A program made the position numbers and the translations under genes. A stretch of 63,814 nucleotides of DNA, the filler included, from Sphacelaria rigidula (Eukaryota), in NCBI GenBank assembly GCA_964200075.2. It is 10 parts of 10 records of this genome, joined end to end, with 100 filler letters (N's around TTAATTAATTAA, not from the genome) between each part and the next. Parts side by side here need not be neighbours in the genome. Positions count along the whole stretch, not along the records: positions 25,569 to 31,859 come from CAXNAA020020971.1; positions 31,960 to 38,250 come from CAXNAA020020972.1; positions 38,351 to 44,641 come from CAXNAA020020973.1; 7 more parts are not named here. One strand, 5' to 3'. Every line of letters starts with the position of its first letter. The stretch's first letter is position 1. Positions 26,311 through 38,369 of this stretch are shown here, in pieces. The notes under the pieces were generated by a model that was not told the DNA's origin, did not search any database, and saw only the letters and a list, made by a program, of their open reading frames with translations.

Positions 26311-26650
26311 GCCCCGGTGGTGTATTGTTCCGACTGTCGCCATCAGGGTGGAGAGGACGAGGGTTCGATTCCCCATAATTCAGGTTTTGTCTTCGTAGTA
26401 TTTGATTTCCACCGTAGAAAGCGTGAGAACGTGAGTAAACAAAGTAGTCAGTCGACCGAGTTTGTTTGGCGTGAGTTGACGCGGTGCGGAAGTGCTGACC
26501 CAATCCGCGAGGCCAAAATGCAAGGCGTGTACCCGGAGAGAGATGGGTTGATCCCTTGAGACTGTTAGACCATGGACTCGTCCCGAGGAAGGAGAGGGGT
26601 TCAAAGGGCGACAGATAAGTGAATAAAACAAGTAAATAATGATAAATAAA
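26311..26650 (+). mobile_element. tRNA-derived SINE, full-length-like copy
   Basis: GCCCCGGTGGTGTATTGTT (A-box-like), GGTTCGATTCCC (canonical B-box), a body shared with 2978-3290, and a 3' end GGGTTCAAAGGGCGACA plus an A-rich tail. Confidence 0.8.
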
Positions 26651-26894
26651 GGTTCTAGTCTCGACAAATGCGGGGGTCCCTTTGAGCAGAATCTGGTATC
26701 CGTCTCCAAAGAGGTGTATGGTCAATGGTCAAACGACTAAGGCAAGCAACATATGAGTACGCCCCCCCGTCATTCTGTGCTCCGTCTCCAAAGAGGTGTA
26801 TGGTCAATGGTCGAACGATTAGGGCAAGCAACAAATGAGTACGCCCCCCCCCTTCCCCCCCCCGTCACTCTGTTTCATTTCTTGCTCTCCCTAG

Positions 26895-29595
26895 CTGGGG
26901 GCTAGCGTTGTCATCACCGATAGAGAAGACGCTCCGTTGCTTCTCGACAACATGCGCAGGGCGGTAACGGCCAACGAGCAACTCAAGAGCAAGGGCTGGG
27001 GTAGCTGCACCGTGGAGGGGGTGTCTTGGGGAAACATCTCAGTATCTGCCATAAGGCTTGCCACCGAGCATCCTCGGCCGAAGGTACACAGTAAATGTGA
27101 AGGTCGTATTCCACTATTGCTTCTTCCTATATTCCCTATTTTTTTGTTCTTCAACCCAATGAACAGCGGACCAATCTTTTCTATCTGGGTTAGTTCTATC
27201 ATCATGAAAATTAATCTGAGTGGAATGGCAGGGGGGGGGGGGCGTACTCATTACTCATGAATGGAACGGCAGGGGAGGGAGGGGGGGGTGAGGAGAGGCG
27301 GACTCATTTTTGCTTGCCTTAGTCGTTCGGCCATTGACCACGCATCCCTTTCGAGATATGGAGGGGGTAGGGGGACCCGGGGGGGAGAATGAGAGAACTG
27401 TTGTGGTTTGTCCATCATTGGGATATACGACCCAAATTTGTTTGTACACTATCAAGAGTTTTGAGGATACAACAGTGTTTTCGAATATATATGTATATAT
27501 ATATATATATATGTTTTTCTTGGGTACGTCTATCGTGAGACCACGGCTGGACCCCGGGGGGGTCAGTTGAAGTGCGACAATCAAAAATCAAATCGATCAT
27601 ATGTATACATATATATATGCCGCTGCCTTTGTACACTCGATGGTTACGACACGTTCTGTGCCACTCTGCCATTTTTTTTGTCGTCATAAGTTATGAGCAC
27701 GCCCTCACCCCCGCTCCCCGCCCCCTTCCTCGAAACGAGTCCGTGGTCTCAAGGGATCACAACCCATGTTTCCCCCGGTACGTACCTGACACTTTTGGCA
27801 TCGCGGATGTAATCGGCACTCCCGCAACGCGTTGGCTTTCGTCATTTTTTTTTCCTTTTGCTCCTCGGGTTCCTCACGTTTCCATCGACGGATTATCATT
27901 TACTGTTGCTAGTATTTTTATCATCATAGCCCCTGCCGTGTAACAATTTCCTCATTCTCAATTCCCCCCTCATACGAGAAGGGGTAGGTATAGAGTTAGA
28001 GTACGGAAAGGAACGAAGCCGGTCATGATTAAACTCAGTCTCGTGGGGGAGAGGGGTTGATAAAGTCATGCTCCAGTAGAGTATGACCTGTGCAAGATAT
28101 AAGCTAGCATGTACCTGTATTGTATGTGTGAATTATTGATCATATTGATTGATGGTTGCACACCAACTGATCCCCGGGGCACCCAGGCGTGGTCATTATC
28201 CATAAGATAGACGCGGGTCATTATCCACAAGATAGACGTACCCCAGGCAAACAAAATGGAAATGCGCGCTAAAGATAAAGAAGAGTGAATATTTCCCCTC
28301 TTCCTTCCGAGCGAAAATGATGCTGATTCGACAGATGATTCACCTTCCATGATTCACCTTCGGGCGGTCAAATGGTTGAGTCATTGGTTATGATCGCGCA
28401 GCAGGTTATACATCCGATTCTGTGTGTGTATATATATATATACCAATATGTTGAATGCATGACGCTATCCTTGATGTTTTCTGTGCGACTGGTCCTCTAG
28501 CAATGCTTTTTTCCCAACTGCTATTCGGGGCGAAACGGTCAACATTCTATGCATGTGCATTTATTTATTCGCGTCCTCCTTCGATGTAGGGAGACTCTTT
28601 TGTGTGGATATGCTGGCCTGCTACAGTACCGCAGCAGTACCCGTTGTTGCCCTCCCGCATCAGCCGCATCTCTTTGATTGATTAGTTGGGTGATTGATCT
28701 TCACACTCTCGAGGGAGAGACGGGTTGATTCCTAGAGATTGCGGGCTCGTCCCGAGGAAGAGGGGGAGGGGCATTTGGAGGACTTTCTGTTTTCTAAACG
28801 ACCGGAAGCAATGGTTGAGGAGACACGAAGACAATAAATACACATGTATTATATCTCTAACTCTGACCCTAGCTCACCCCAACCGAATAAGGTGATGTGA
28901 TGTACACACATCATTGCCGATTCGCTGCGCCAATCAATCCAAAACACGTGTAGGTAGTTCTGTTGCGCTCAACCGTTGCTTTTTTTGGCTGTTTTTTTTT
29001 GTTTCTGCTGAGGCCTTGAAGAGATGAGAAAACAATTAACGAAAAAGCTGGCCCCCTCCCTGAGGATCCAGCTATTGTTCTGAAAATACCACATTCAGGC
29101 GTCGCTCTTCCCTTCGGTACTCGAAAAGGGCTCGGGCCTTGGACATTGTTTCGTTGAGAATTGAGCCTCAAATATTTTTTTCGTTCAGGGAAGTCTCGGA
29201 ACTCGGATACTTTTCCGACGGGGCTCGAAACTTTGAATATTTTTATAGAAACGATTGGACCTGATGCGAACTCGAAAAAACTACGCAGTTCATCCTCGGA
29301 GCGGACGTGCTCTACAGCTCGGAGCACTTCGACTCCGTGTTGGCTACCGCCTACCTATTTCTCTCGGCATCTTCTTCTCGCGAGCCATTCGCACGTCCTA
29401 CGACGCCGACTTCCGCTATGGAGAACTCCGGGCTGTGCGGGGGGATGCACCCTGCGGCTGCGGCTGGTGGTATTGCACGCGTTAGTTCAGACAACCGCTG
29501 TTCACGGGGAGCGAGTGCTAGCTGTCAAGTCGACGGGTATGGTGTCGGCAACAGAAAAGCGTCTTCAGCTTCCTACAGCAAAGGTAGTACCAGAG

Positions 29596-29628
<33 letters not shown>

Positions 29629-30035
29629 GAACGGATGGTCGAAAGATATTCGGCCGCGATGAAGGCACTGCAACGATCTCAGTAGGCAGCAGCGGCGGCA
29701 GCGGAGGCTCGAGTGTAGGTGACAGCAGTACGGGTACCAACAACAGCAACAGCCTTGGTGTAGGTGTATATAGCAGTGGCGCAGGCGTCCAGAACAGCAA
29801 ATGCGAACATGTTGATATATGTAGCATCAGCCCGAATGGTGCAGTTCGCGACGACTGCGTATTTTTAACAGCTTATCACGAGCGGAGCGCTCGACGATCC
29901 CTCAGACCGCTCCTTAAAAAATGGGGTTTGGTTGCGCGTGTGCTCCCCGGTGCGCCTAGGAATGTGCTCCCGCATTCTGCGTGGGAGACTGGCAAATATG
30001 ATAGCGTGGCTATCCTCGAGATTCGGTTAAGATGA
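26895..30035 (+). CDS. METTL23: METTL23-like (Methyltransf_16 family) protein methyltransferase, 3' part (exons 26895-27083 and 29289-30035)
   Basis: Exon 1 (ctag|...aag|gtac): LGASVVITDREDAPLLLDNMRRAVTAN...CTVEGVSWG. Exon 2 (cgcag|): FILGADVLYSSEHFDSVLATAYLFL...VFLTAYHERSARRSLRPLLKKWGL...*. The VxxTD, WG, ILGADVLY and TAYHERS...LLxKW motifs are characteristic. The junction is phase 0. Confidence 0.85.
27521..27594 (+). mobile_element. Retroposon 3'-end fragment (same family as 16745-16822)
   Basis: tgggtacgtctatcgtgagaccacggctggaccccgggggggtcagttgaagtgcgacaatcaaaaatcaaatc. Confidence 0.6.
27699..27885 (-). mobile_element. Truncated SINE copy (3' core); further fragments at about 7635-7770 (-) and 28710-28770 (+)
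   Basis: cttcctcgaaacgagtccgtggtctcaagggatcacaacccat matches the SINE core. Confidence 0.65.
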
Positions 30036-31959
30036 AGAAAGAGGACGTGCTAATGGACTAAAGTAGTATAATTGCAGAGCTCTTTTGGTCGAACTCAGAA
30101 AGATACGGCGGAATGAATGCCTGAAGAGACGAGTCATCGTATCTGAAGACGGAGTCGCGTGGAACTGTACTGCGTAATGAGTACTTTGCACCCTTCAACA
30201 CTTCGTCCTGAAACGACACGTATAATATCGACAGGAGGCTTTTCACATGCCGGCCCGATTTGGAGGGTTCGATCCGGAGGGTACGCAAGTACACATGATC
30301 ATCGGTTTTTAACAAGGTTTTCGTGAGGTTTGAGAGTGTAACTTTTGATTGAGAGTGAAGTTTTAGCCGTATGTACGATCGGCATCATATTCCAGTGAAA
30401 GATTACTGCGTGATCTTGATTTGCAACCCTGGCGGCCGGAGGGTTAGAATCCGAAAATTTAGGCGTTGAATGTATAATTCTTTAAGATCGCAACTGCTCA
30501 ATACCCTACACTCGCTCTCACCCTACACTCGCTCTTAGCGTATCAATCGGAGAAATATTTTTGGAATGCATTGCATTATGTGTCGAAGGTAATCATAACC
30601 CGGTCAACACCCGCAACGCTTGAATGAGAGGAATGTTTCGATAGTTGATGCGCCCATTTCCCTTCTTTTTATTCTTACTTCAACAAAACGGATTGTTCCC
30701 TATCGTTGTTCGTCAGTGTTTCATTCGTTAGTAGGAACACATGAAAACAACGTCTTCCCAATAAAAACCCACTCTCGATCAGAATACTGACTGCTGCCGA
30801 GTTAGCCCCCCCCCCGCAAAGCGGCCAAAAACGTACACGGAGGTGATGATCATAACTGCCGTTAAAGCTGGTTTCGTGCTGCTCGACGCAACTGATTTGG
30901 GCGTTGTAGCTGGTTTCGGACTGCTACACGCCTCTCATGTGGGCGAAATTGCTGCAAACGAGCCCAATAGTGGGATCACAGCCATTTCGTTGGATAGTGC
31001 CGGTGCACTTTTTGTGGGGGGGCTATCTTGGCATTAGTCTACTGTAGACACCCAACATCACGAGAACCTCGTTTTTGACGAGAAAATACACACACACAAG
31101 CACATGACCATCTTTGAACCGTTTGATGAAGCTAGATGAGCACGGGGAAGAAGATACATGTGACGCGGGTCATGTGAGCGGCCTCGAAAAATGGCGAGAA
31201 GAAGTGCTCGTTGCAATACTGAATTCAGTCATGTCAATCCGACTAGTCCCTTGGGAGCAATGCTACGGTAGGGGTGCACGTTTGCGCAAAATCTTGTATG
31301 GTTCAGGGGCTCCTAACGATTCTAGATGCGCAAGAATATGGGCCAGGGCATCCCCGTTTGCAGATTCATTCATATCCCTAGCACATTGGAACAATATTCC
31401 TGGGGTACTCCCATATTTCATAAGTAAGTCGTGTTTTGGATGAGATACAGGGCTTCTAAATCCTCTAACCATAAAATCGGACCAACTTTTCTTGGACCCC
31501 TTCAAAATCGATATTGCGCTCGAGTTTGAACAAAGTACATTTTAAGAACCGCATCTCATGCATAAAAGCAGTGGCGAATTGGACAAAAGCGACCCCCAAG
31601 ATCTTGAATTTTGATCAACGGGTGGGTTTCTGATCAAACTGGGTACCCCATCGTGAACGCCCGACCGACGTTGGGGACCTGTTCAAACTGTGGTGGAGAA
31701 GTAACCTGTGGGATATGTCATGTTTTACTTCACTATGGCACAATCACATCCACGCTGTCTCTCATGGATGTGCTGTAAACAGTGGATCCTAGAAAATGGG
31801 GTTAATCTAAAAAATGAGGTTGACGTGGCATTTCTCTTTTGCAGGGAAGACGCGAAACANNNNNNNNNNNNNNNNNNNNNNNNNNNNNNNNNNNNNNNNN
31901 NNNTTAATTAATTAANNNNNNNNNNNNNNNNNNNNNNNNNNNNNNNNNNNNNNNNNNNN

Positions 31960-32023
31960 AAAGGGATGCGTGGTCAATGGTCAAATGACTAAGGCAAGCA
32001 ACAAATGAGTACGCCCCCCCCCC
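31960..32023 (-). repeat. High-copy terminal repeat; other copies at 27296-27356, 38055-38130, 50866-50935 and 63761-63814
   Basis: Consensus GGGGGGCGTACTCATTTGTTGCTTGCCTTAGTCGTTTGACCATTGACCACGCATCCCTTTCGAGA, seen about nine times in the window. Confidence 0.9.
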
Positions 32024-33088
32024 TACTCCACCGGAGTGCCGAAAATAGACTACTTTTTCTTCAGTTTACGTTTCCTTCCTTTCGCCTGTATGATGCACGT
32101 TAATCCTCAAGCACGAACGTACCAAGTACTCATGCCTGTTCCTTGTCGGGAACATCTGCGTGCTGCGGTGGGTTTGGTAGCTTGGCTTCATCTGACGGTG
32201 GTCGTTGTTGGAAACGATCCCCGACCAAGACCACCCCCTGCGGAAACCTTGGACAAAACTTACGAAGAAAACAGCCATAACTCACATCTAATACGCTGCT
32301 TGTGTAAATCGGTAATAACGGAAGGAACTCATGATGAGCACCCTCGTCGTCAGTTTCAGTTCAACTGCTCTTCCATTTCAATCGACAATAGTACAGTGTC
32401 AACTGGTCCAGTGAACAGCCCTGACATACCTTCTTTTCTACTCTTTCTATTTTGTCAACTCATTTGGTATTTTTGTCCAGTCACTTGAGTTTTCTTCTTC
32501 AGTCATCTCTGTTTTCTTCTCACGTTCATTATATTTTATATTTAGATTTCTTTCACTTCTTCATTTTTTTTTTCTCATGTATTTTTTTTTTTTCTGTTAA
32601 TATTTCTGCACCTCCGTATCAAGGGTGTATGTTGATCGTATCCTACCACCCTCACACACAACAATGGGGGGTACCCCACCTCCGACGCTGCCTGATACTG
32701 CACAGAGTTTAGTATGCGATCAATTTTATGGGAGATTGTACGGCATTCGGGAGGGGGGCTACTACCCTACCTCCCCCCCCTCTTCCCCCACGCGGCCAGT
32801 TGGCTATCCCCAAAATTCCTCCAGGGCGGTCAACTCTCGAGCCTCTGGAGGAATGATATGCCTCCGGAGGGGTGCGCGGCCCTCCGGAGGAAATGTTTTT
32901 GGTGTCCTCTAGAGGGATCAAACGCCCCTGAGGCTTGTCGTTGCCTCTCGAGGGCCGCGCATCCCTGCGGAGGCATTTGAGGGGATAGTCAAATGGCCTC
33001 GTGTGCCCTGAGGGGTCCACAAAAATAAAAGGGTACATACGTGTGCGGCATTTTTCTTTTTCGTGCACCCCTGCATCGATCATGATCA

Positions 33089-33381
33089 ACACCGTTTTCG
33101 TGAGATTGAGAGTAGAGCGCTGGTTGAGAGTGGTTTTGGTTATTCGCTTTCACTTAGCCAATTTTCATTCCGTGTGTGCTTTTCTTTGCCTCCATCACTG
33201 GCGTGTGCTTTCAGCTTCACGATATCCCACTTGAGGATATCAAGGGTCTCAGTGGCAAGCGACTACAGAAAGCATATTGGGCCTCGTGGAGGGCATTTCG
33301 GAACTGAAACGATTCACTCACTAATCATCCGCTTTTCACTCTGAACTGTGCCCTCTACTCTCAATCTCACGAAAACATTGT
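33089..33381. mobile_element. About 300-bp MITE, second copy of the 20312-20625 family
   Basis: acaccgttttcgtgagattgagagtagag...ctctactctcaatctcacgaaaacattgt. The internal sequence is collinear with the other copy. Confidence 0.8.
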
Positions 33382-33484
33382 TGATCATCCCTCCGGAGGC
33401 ATTGTGGGGAGTAGCCAAATGGCCGCGTGTGCCCTGAGGGGTCCAAAAACCTTAAAGCGTACATGGGTGTGCGGCATTTGTTTT

Positions 33485-34485
33485 CGGCTGTCTCGCAAAC
33501 AGGCCCACATCCCCCGTCAAAACAACCACCCCGTCGCCCCCTGGAAACCTCGGATACCCCTGGACTGTCGGCCTGTGAACCTGTTCCGAGGAGTGTAAGG
33601 GATAAAGTTCCAGTGTCACAGCGTTTATATTCAAACCAAGTCCGGAGAACTTCACCCCACCAAGCGGTGATCTCTACTCTAACAAAGAGCCACAAAACTG
33701 ACTCTCTGCCCGCACGTTCTATTATTATTGCTCTCTGTCCATCGGTGCAAATCGTTCGCCGGGCAAATTGTTCTTTGCAAGACCTCATTCGGAAAAGACC
33801 GCGTTCTGCGCAAGCTAGAAGCTCAGCCCCGGATAACCCTTAGGCATCGACCCCCCGCAGGTGGACTGAGATGAATTGATTCACATTTGGGTTCAACACA
33901 GCTTTCTTCTCTCGCTCTACAAAACCTCCGTTTCGTGAAGATGTGGATGTTTGATGTTCGGCATCTATCACGAAAAAGAGTCACGGAGAACCCCTGACCG
34001 GTTTTGACCCCGCAGTCAATTACGTGCAGAGTCAGCATGTATGTGTGCTCGATACCATACATGGTTGAACTGTCAGTACAGCCATGACAAAAGGAACACG
34101 CAGCGAAGTAGGCCATCTGTAGTACACCTGTGGGGCTACAAAGTGATCATATTGATAGCCGATCAGAATGGCTGCTCCGCTCCTCGCGGACTTCGTTCTT
34201 GACGGATAATTTTCCTCAAGAATCGTCCATACACACGTGGTTGACGTGGTGAGCCTTCCGGCTGTCCCGCAAACAGGCCCACACCCCCGGTCCAAACGAC
34301 CACCCCGCCTAATGGTCGCCTCGGATGTCCCTGGACTGTCAGCCTGTGAAACTGTTCTGAGGCGACTCTCGCTGTGTAAGGGATAAATTTCCAGATGTCA
34401 GCGTTTATACTTAAACCAAGTCGGGAGAACTTCACCCCACCAAGTGGTCACCTCTACTCTAACGAAGAGCCACAAAATTGACTTG
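33485..34485 (+). repeat. About 220-bp repeat, two copies (33485-33703 and 34258-34483); partial third copy at about 39175-39292
   Basis: Shared cgcaaacaggcccaca...cctggactgtc.gcctgtgaa.ctgttc.gagg...tgtaagggataaa...gagaacttcaccccaccaag...gagccacaaaa. Confidence 0.8.
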
Positions 34486-35388
34486 CATGAAGCAGCGGTC
34501 AGTCTTTCCGTATAGGAAAGGAAGTCGGAGACAGGTCTGGAAATCTCAACGGGCGTGACTGAAATACATGACAAAACCACGCTCAGCATCAAAAGCCAAC
34601 CCCATCAAACATGACAAGAGTTCCAGGGCACAAGCGCAGCACACCTGGCGCTGGCTATCGCTTTTCTCTACACAGTGCGCTTCTGTCACGGTAATCTGTG
34701 TGGTGTTGGATGGGGGACGGCTGTGCTTGTGCAACAAAAACTTGCTGAAAATGGATTCGTTGACGGATTTACGTGGGAGCTTTTTTGTTCCCGAGGTGAT
34801 GAAACATGGAAGCAAACAACCGGTGTTTGCTCAACGCTATTCCTGACGGCAAAGAAAATCGCTCACCTTGGGACGATGCAGTGCAAGCCGCGAGGAGTCG
34901 GTGCGGTGCAAACTATTGGTAAGCTGTGTCGTACTGGATTGACGGTCTGTCTTGTCAGCGTTCAGGGTTGGGAAGAAATGTTGCTACTCGCGCGCATGAT
35001 GTGTACGGCGCCATGAAAAATTGGATTGGACAGGCGTTCACAAATTTGATTCTCTCGGGAGGCGTGGAATTAAGCATAGCTTGACAACCCCCGCCATACA
35101 AGTCCGTGTGCCACTACCTTGGCAATGGAAGCTTGCAACAACCCGTTTACGTTGTAGGAAGGTGGACTACGCTGTGATCATCACGGGCAGGAAAGTGATA
35201 AGCGCCGTGGTACGACAGTGCATGTGAGTGTTTTTCAATTCTTCGAAACACGTCGTGCATGCAAAAGTGATCGTTTACAGTATGGAGATAAGACCTGTGG
35301 GAGAAACTGCAGTAGCAAAAAAAAAAAAGAGTTTGCATTTCTGCACTCTTGTTGTAGTGGGGTCCATCTGCAAACTGTAAAGCTACTC

Positions 35389-35868
35389 AACCGATAATAT
35401 ACGCTATAATACTGTGCTGCCTGTGCGGTGTGTTCCGAACTGGAGGCACCCTCAAAGCGCTGCGCTGATACATGGGTCTTGCTAGGAAAACCTGGGTTGA
35501 TGACAGTACATTTACAGAGCGAACATCCCCCACAGTAAACCTTGCGAGTAAACTCTTGGACACGTGCGAGAAGAACGGGTTGCACGATGATGGCATGCTA
35601 ATTTGGTTCAAAATTGCATGTTAATGTGGGTGTCGTCTTTTTGAGCAAGCAGCTGTTCGGTTTCCAGTGCAACTGTACCGGTATACTAAACCGATGATAT
35701 ACGCTATAATACTGTGGTGTCTGCACGGTGTGTTCCGAACCGGAGGCACACTCAACGCGCTGTGCTGGTACATGGGTCTTGCTAGGAAAACCTGGGTTCA
35801 AGACAGTACAATTGCAGAGCGACTTCCCCTACAGTGTACCGTACAACTAAACTCTTGGACATGCGAGG
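35389..35868 (+). repeat. About 180-bp direct duplication with a 300-bp period
   Basis: aaccgat.atatacgctataatactgtg...catgggtcttgctaggaaaacctgggtt at 35389 and 35689. Confidence 0.85.
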
Positions 35869-36104
35869 GAAAACTTGAAAAAGTAGACAAAACAAACGCG
35901 AAAAAACCGGGCAGTTTGCCGTCGAAGGGTCTCATCATCGGATGAATCGCCATCACTTTCACTTGCAAAAGTAGAAGAAAACAAACAAAAAAACGGGCAG
36001 TTTGCGGACAAAGGGTGCAGCCCAATTCGATAGTGATGGATCTTCCCACGGTATGCTGAATAACATGGCCATCGGAGATGAATGAGAGCCCATTTTGTTT
36101 TAGA

Positions 36105-36780
36105 TGTGACGGCGGGCACGGCAGGTCGTGAATCTATCAATTGTTCGTTTTTGCTGGGGGAGGCCATCATTTTTTAAAATGGGACGGCGGGCAGGCGGGC
36201 AGGGGATTGATCTTTACCAGAAGTCTGATTGTTGTTATGTCCCAGCGGGCAGGGGAGGCCCTTTCTTAAAAAATGTCACCGCGGGCAGGGGACGTGAAAA
36301 ATGTTTCCAAACCTGTACTGACAGGGGAGGCCATTATTTTTGAAAATGGGACGGCGGGCAGGCGGGCAGGGAATTTTTGAAAATGGGACGACGGGCAGGT
36401 GAAAAATGTTTCCAAACCTCTGCCCCCTTTTTTTGAAAATGGGACGGCGGGCAGAGGACGTGAAAAAACCTCTACTGGCAGGGGAGGCCATTATTTTTGA
36501 AAATGGCACGGCGCGTTTTTTGTGGCCTTTTGGCGTTTGTGGGTTGAACTGCTCCGCCTTTTTTGTGGCCTCTTGCTGTTCGGGGGCTCTTCTGTTGGCC
36601 TCTTGCTTTTGTGGTCTCTTCTGTTTTGCCGAGAACAGAACACTGTCGAGACCGTTGAACGGCCTCGCCTTTTTTGTGACTCTTGCCAAAAAGGCTCTTG
36701 CCGAGTCGTTTTCTCTTCTGTTTTGTCGAGTCCCTTGAACTGCTCCGCCTTTTTTGTGACTCTTGCCGAGCCGTTTACTT
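36105..36780. repeat. Degenerate tandem repeats (GGCGGGCAGGGGAGGCCATTATTTTTGAAAATGGGAC units, then TTGAACTGCTCCGCCTTTTTTGTG units)
   Basis: Several imperfect units of each motif are visible; probably transposon subterminal repeats. Confidence 0.7.
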
Positions 36781-36879
36781 TGTTGTAGTAATGGAAGGTT
36801 GGTTTTGATGTAAATTACTGTTCCGAGAAGGATCACACGACTTACTTGATTCCAGTACCAAGCGGGGGATCATTCAGGC

Positions 36880-36935
<56 letters not shown>
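36880..36935. repeat. (TAA)n microsatellite in the polymerase intron
   Basis: Uninterrupted TAA run. Confidence 0.95.
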
Positions 36936-36938
<3 letters not shown>

Positions 36939-36973
36939 GTAGTAATCACCGAGACAATCATCATCACCAGCAC

Positions 36974-37908
36974 CTGTCGGCGTTCGTCATCGGACACATC
37001 CTCGGGCTTCTTGCCACCCCCGTCAAGGGCAGCCGATATCCGCCGGAACACGTCACCCCCGTCTTTGAATACTCTCGCAAGATCGGGGTCCCCCGATAGA
37101 TGCGCCATTAGCCTCATCTCGATCTTCGTTCATTGAACATAACACAAAGAGCAGAACAGGACAACGGTGAAAGTGAGGTAAACGTATACTGGTACTAGAC
37201 GACAACTTTGTGCAGCATAGTTGAAAAAATCAAGAGACAACACAGAAAGAACCAACGGTTGGATCTTGGCAAATGAAAACTGGATGCGCGGAATGGCATT
37301 TGCCAACGATGACCACCTTCCCCTTTTGGCGAGTTTCCGTGTTCATTGTACAGCGTTTGTTCTTCTTTTCCTTTTCCTTCTCCTTTTCCCCTCTCTCTCT
37401 CTCCCTCTCTGTCTGTCTCTCTTTCTCTCTCTGCATCGCTGGCGTATAACTCATCACTGGCTTACACTCGCAAACAAAGCAATTTTCCGTAGCGTACAAG
37501 GCACGGGGCTCTCGCACTTTTCAACTCGCGCACAGTGCAAAACAGTAGTAGCACATCGAGTAAAACGTGTATATATGTGTACTATTGAGACACTCCAACC
37601 ACTTGAAAGCGAACAAGGAATGTGCTCCCTGAGTCTCACCAGTCCGATGCGCGTTTTCTTGTTGTCAGAAATAACTCGTTTCGATAAGATAAAAAAAAAA
37701 TCCAGTGGGTATTGCACTTTCCCCTCCCCTTGCCGTCTACCTGCGAGTAGTCCGCGGAGACGAACGTATAGCCCGGAGATGCCACCACCGAATCCCGAGG
37801 TTTAAAGCATACCTCCTTTCCGAACCATGGATTATGACTTTCTGTATCTTCCCCGCAAAGAGATGTCGCCTCAGGGTGGGCGATGAAGCTTGCTTGCACA
37901 CGGAATAC
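36974..37908 (-). CDS. Family-A DNA polymerase, Pol theta/Pol nu-like (internal exons 37908-37741 and 37123-36974)
   Basis: The spliced peptide ...[73 protein letters not shown] contains PolA motif A (DYSQIExR) and the run-up to motif B. Both exons are phase 0 with GT-AG ends. Confidence 0.88.
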
Positions 37909-38369
37909 CTGCATCGACCCAGGAGTGAGTGAGCGTGGTTCGCAACGCGCACGGGGCGAATCGTTGGGATGGATGAGAGTACGAAGTAGGGAGAATGTTC
38001 AAAGCCCGATAATTGAAGAAGATGAAAGCGACGGGGGGCGCCGAGGGCGAGCGGAGGGGGCGTTCTCATGTGTTGCTTGCCTTAGTCGTTTGACCATTGA
38101 CCACGCATCCCTTTCGAGACGGAGCAAGGGCGAGCGAAGGGGGGAATCCATGCATGCATAACGCGTGATGGAGCGTGCTTACACTGATTAAATGGATGCG
38201 ATACTTTGCACAACGTGATGCACCGTCCCGCATGTAACCCTTGGAGAGCGNNNNNNNNNNNNNNNNNNNNNNNNNNNNNNNNNNNNNNNNNNNNTTAATT
38301 AATTAANNNNNNNNNNNNNNNNNNNNNNNNNNNNNNNNNNNNNNNNNNNNCGTCGAATTGGGCCTTGCA

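Larger units (their letters stand above)
25688..26768. mobile_element. Putative MITE bounded by inverted copies of the high-copy terminal repeat, carrying nested insertions
   Basis: Forward copy at 25688-25762 and reverse copy at about 26700-26768, tandemly duplicated at about 26780-26850. A MITE and a SINE lie between them. Confidence 0.5.

Noticed and set aside
29161..29685. Alternative-frame ORF with poly-Ala overlapping METTL23
   Set aside because: Shadow frame of the (AGC)n tract; the methyltransferase motifs are in the other frame.
34645..34695. Possible next polymerase exon (ITVTEAHCVEKSDSQRQ, minus strand)
   Set aside because: It has AG/GT ends but lacks the expected motif B (K...YG) and has no clear PolA similarity.
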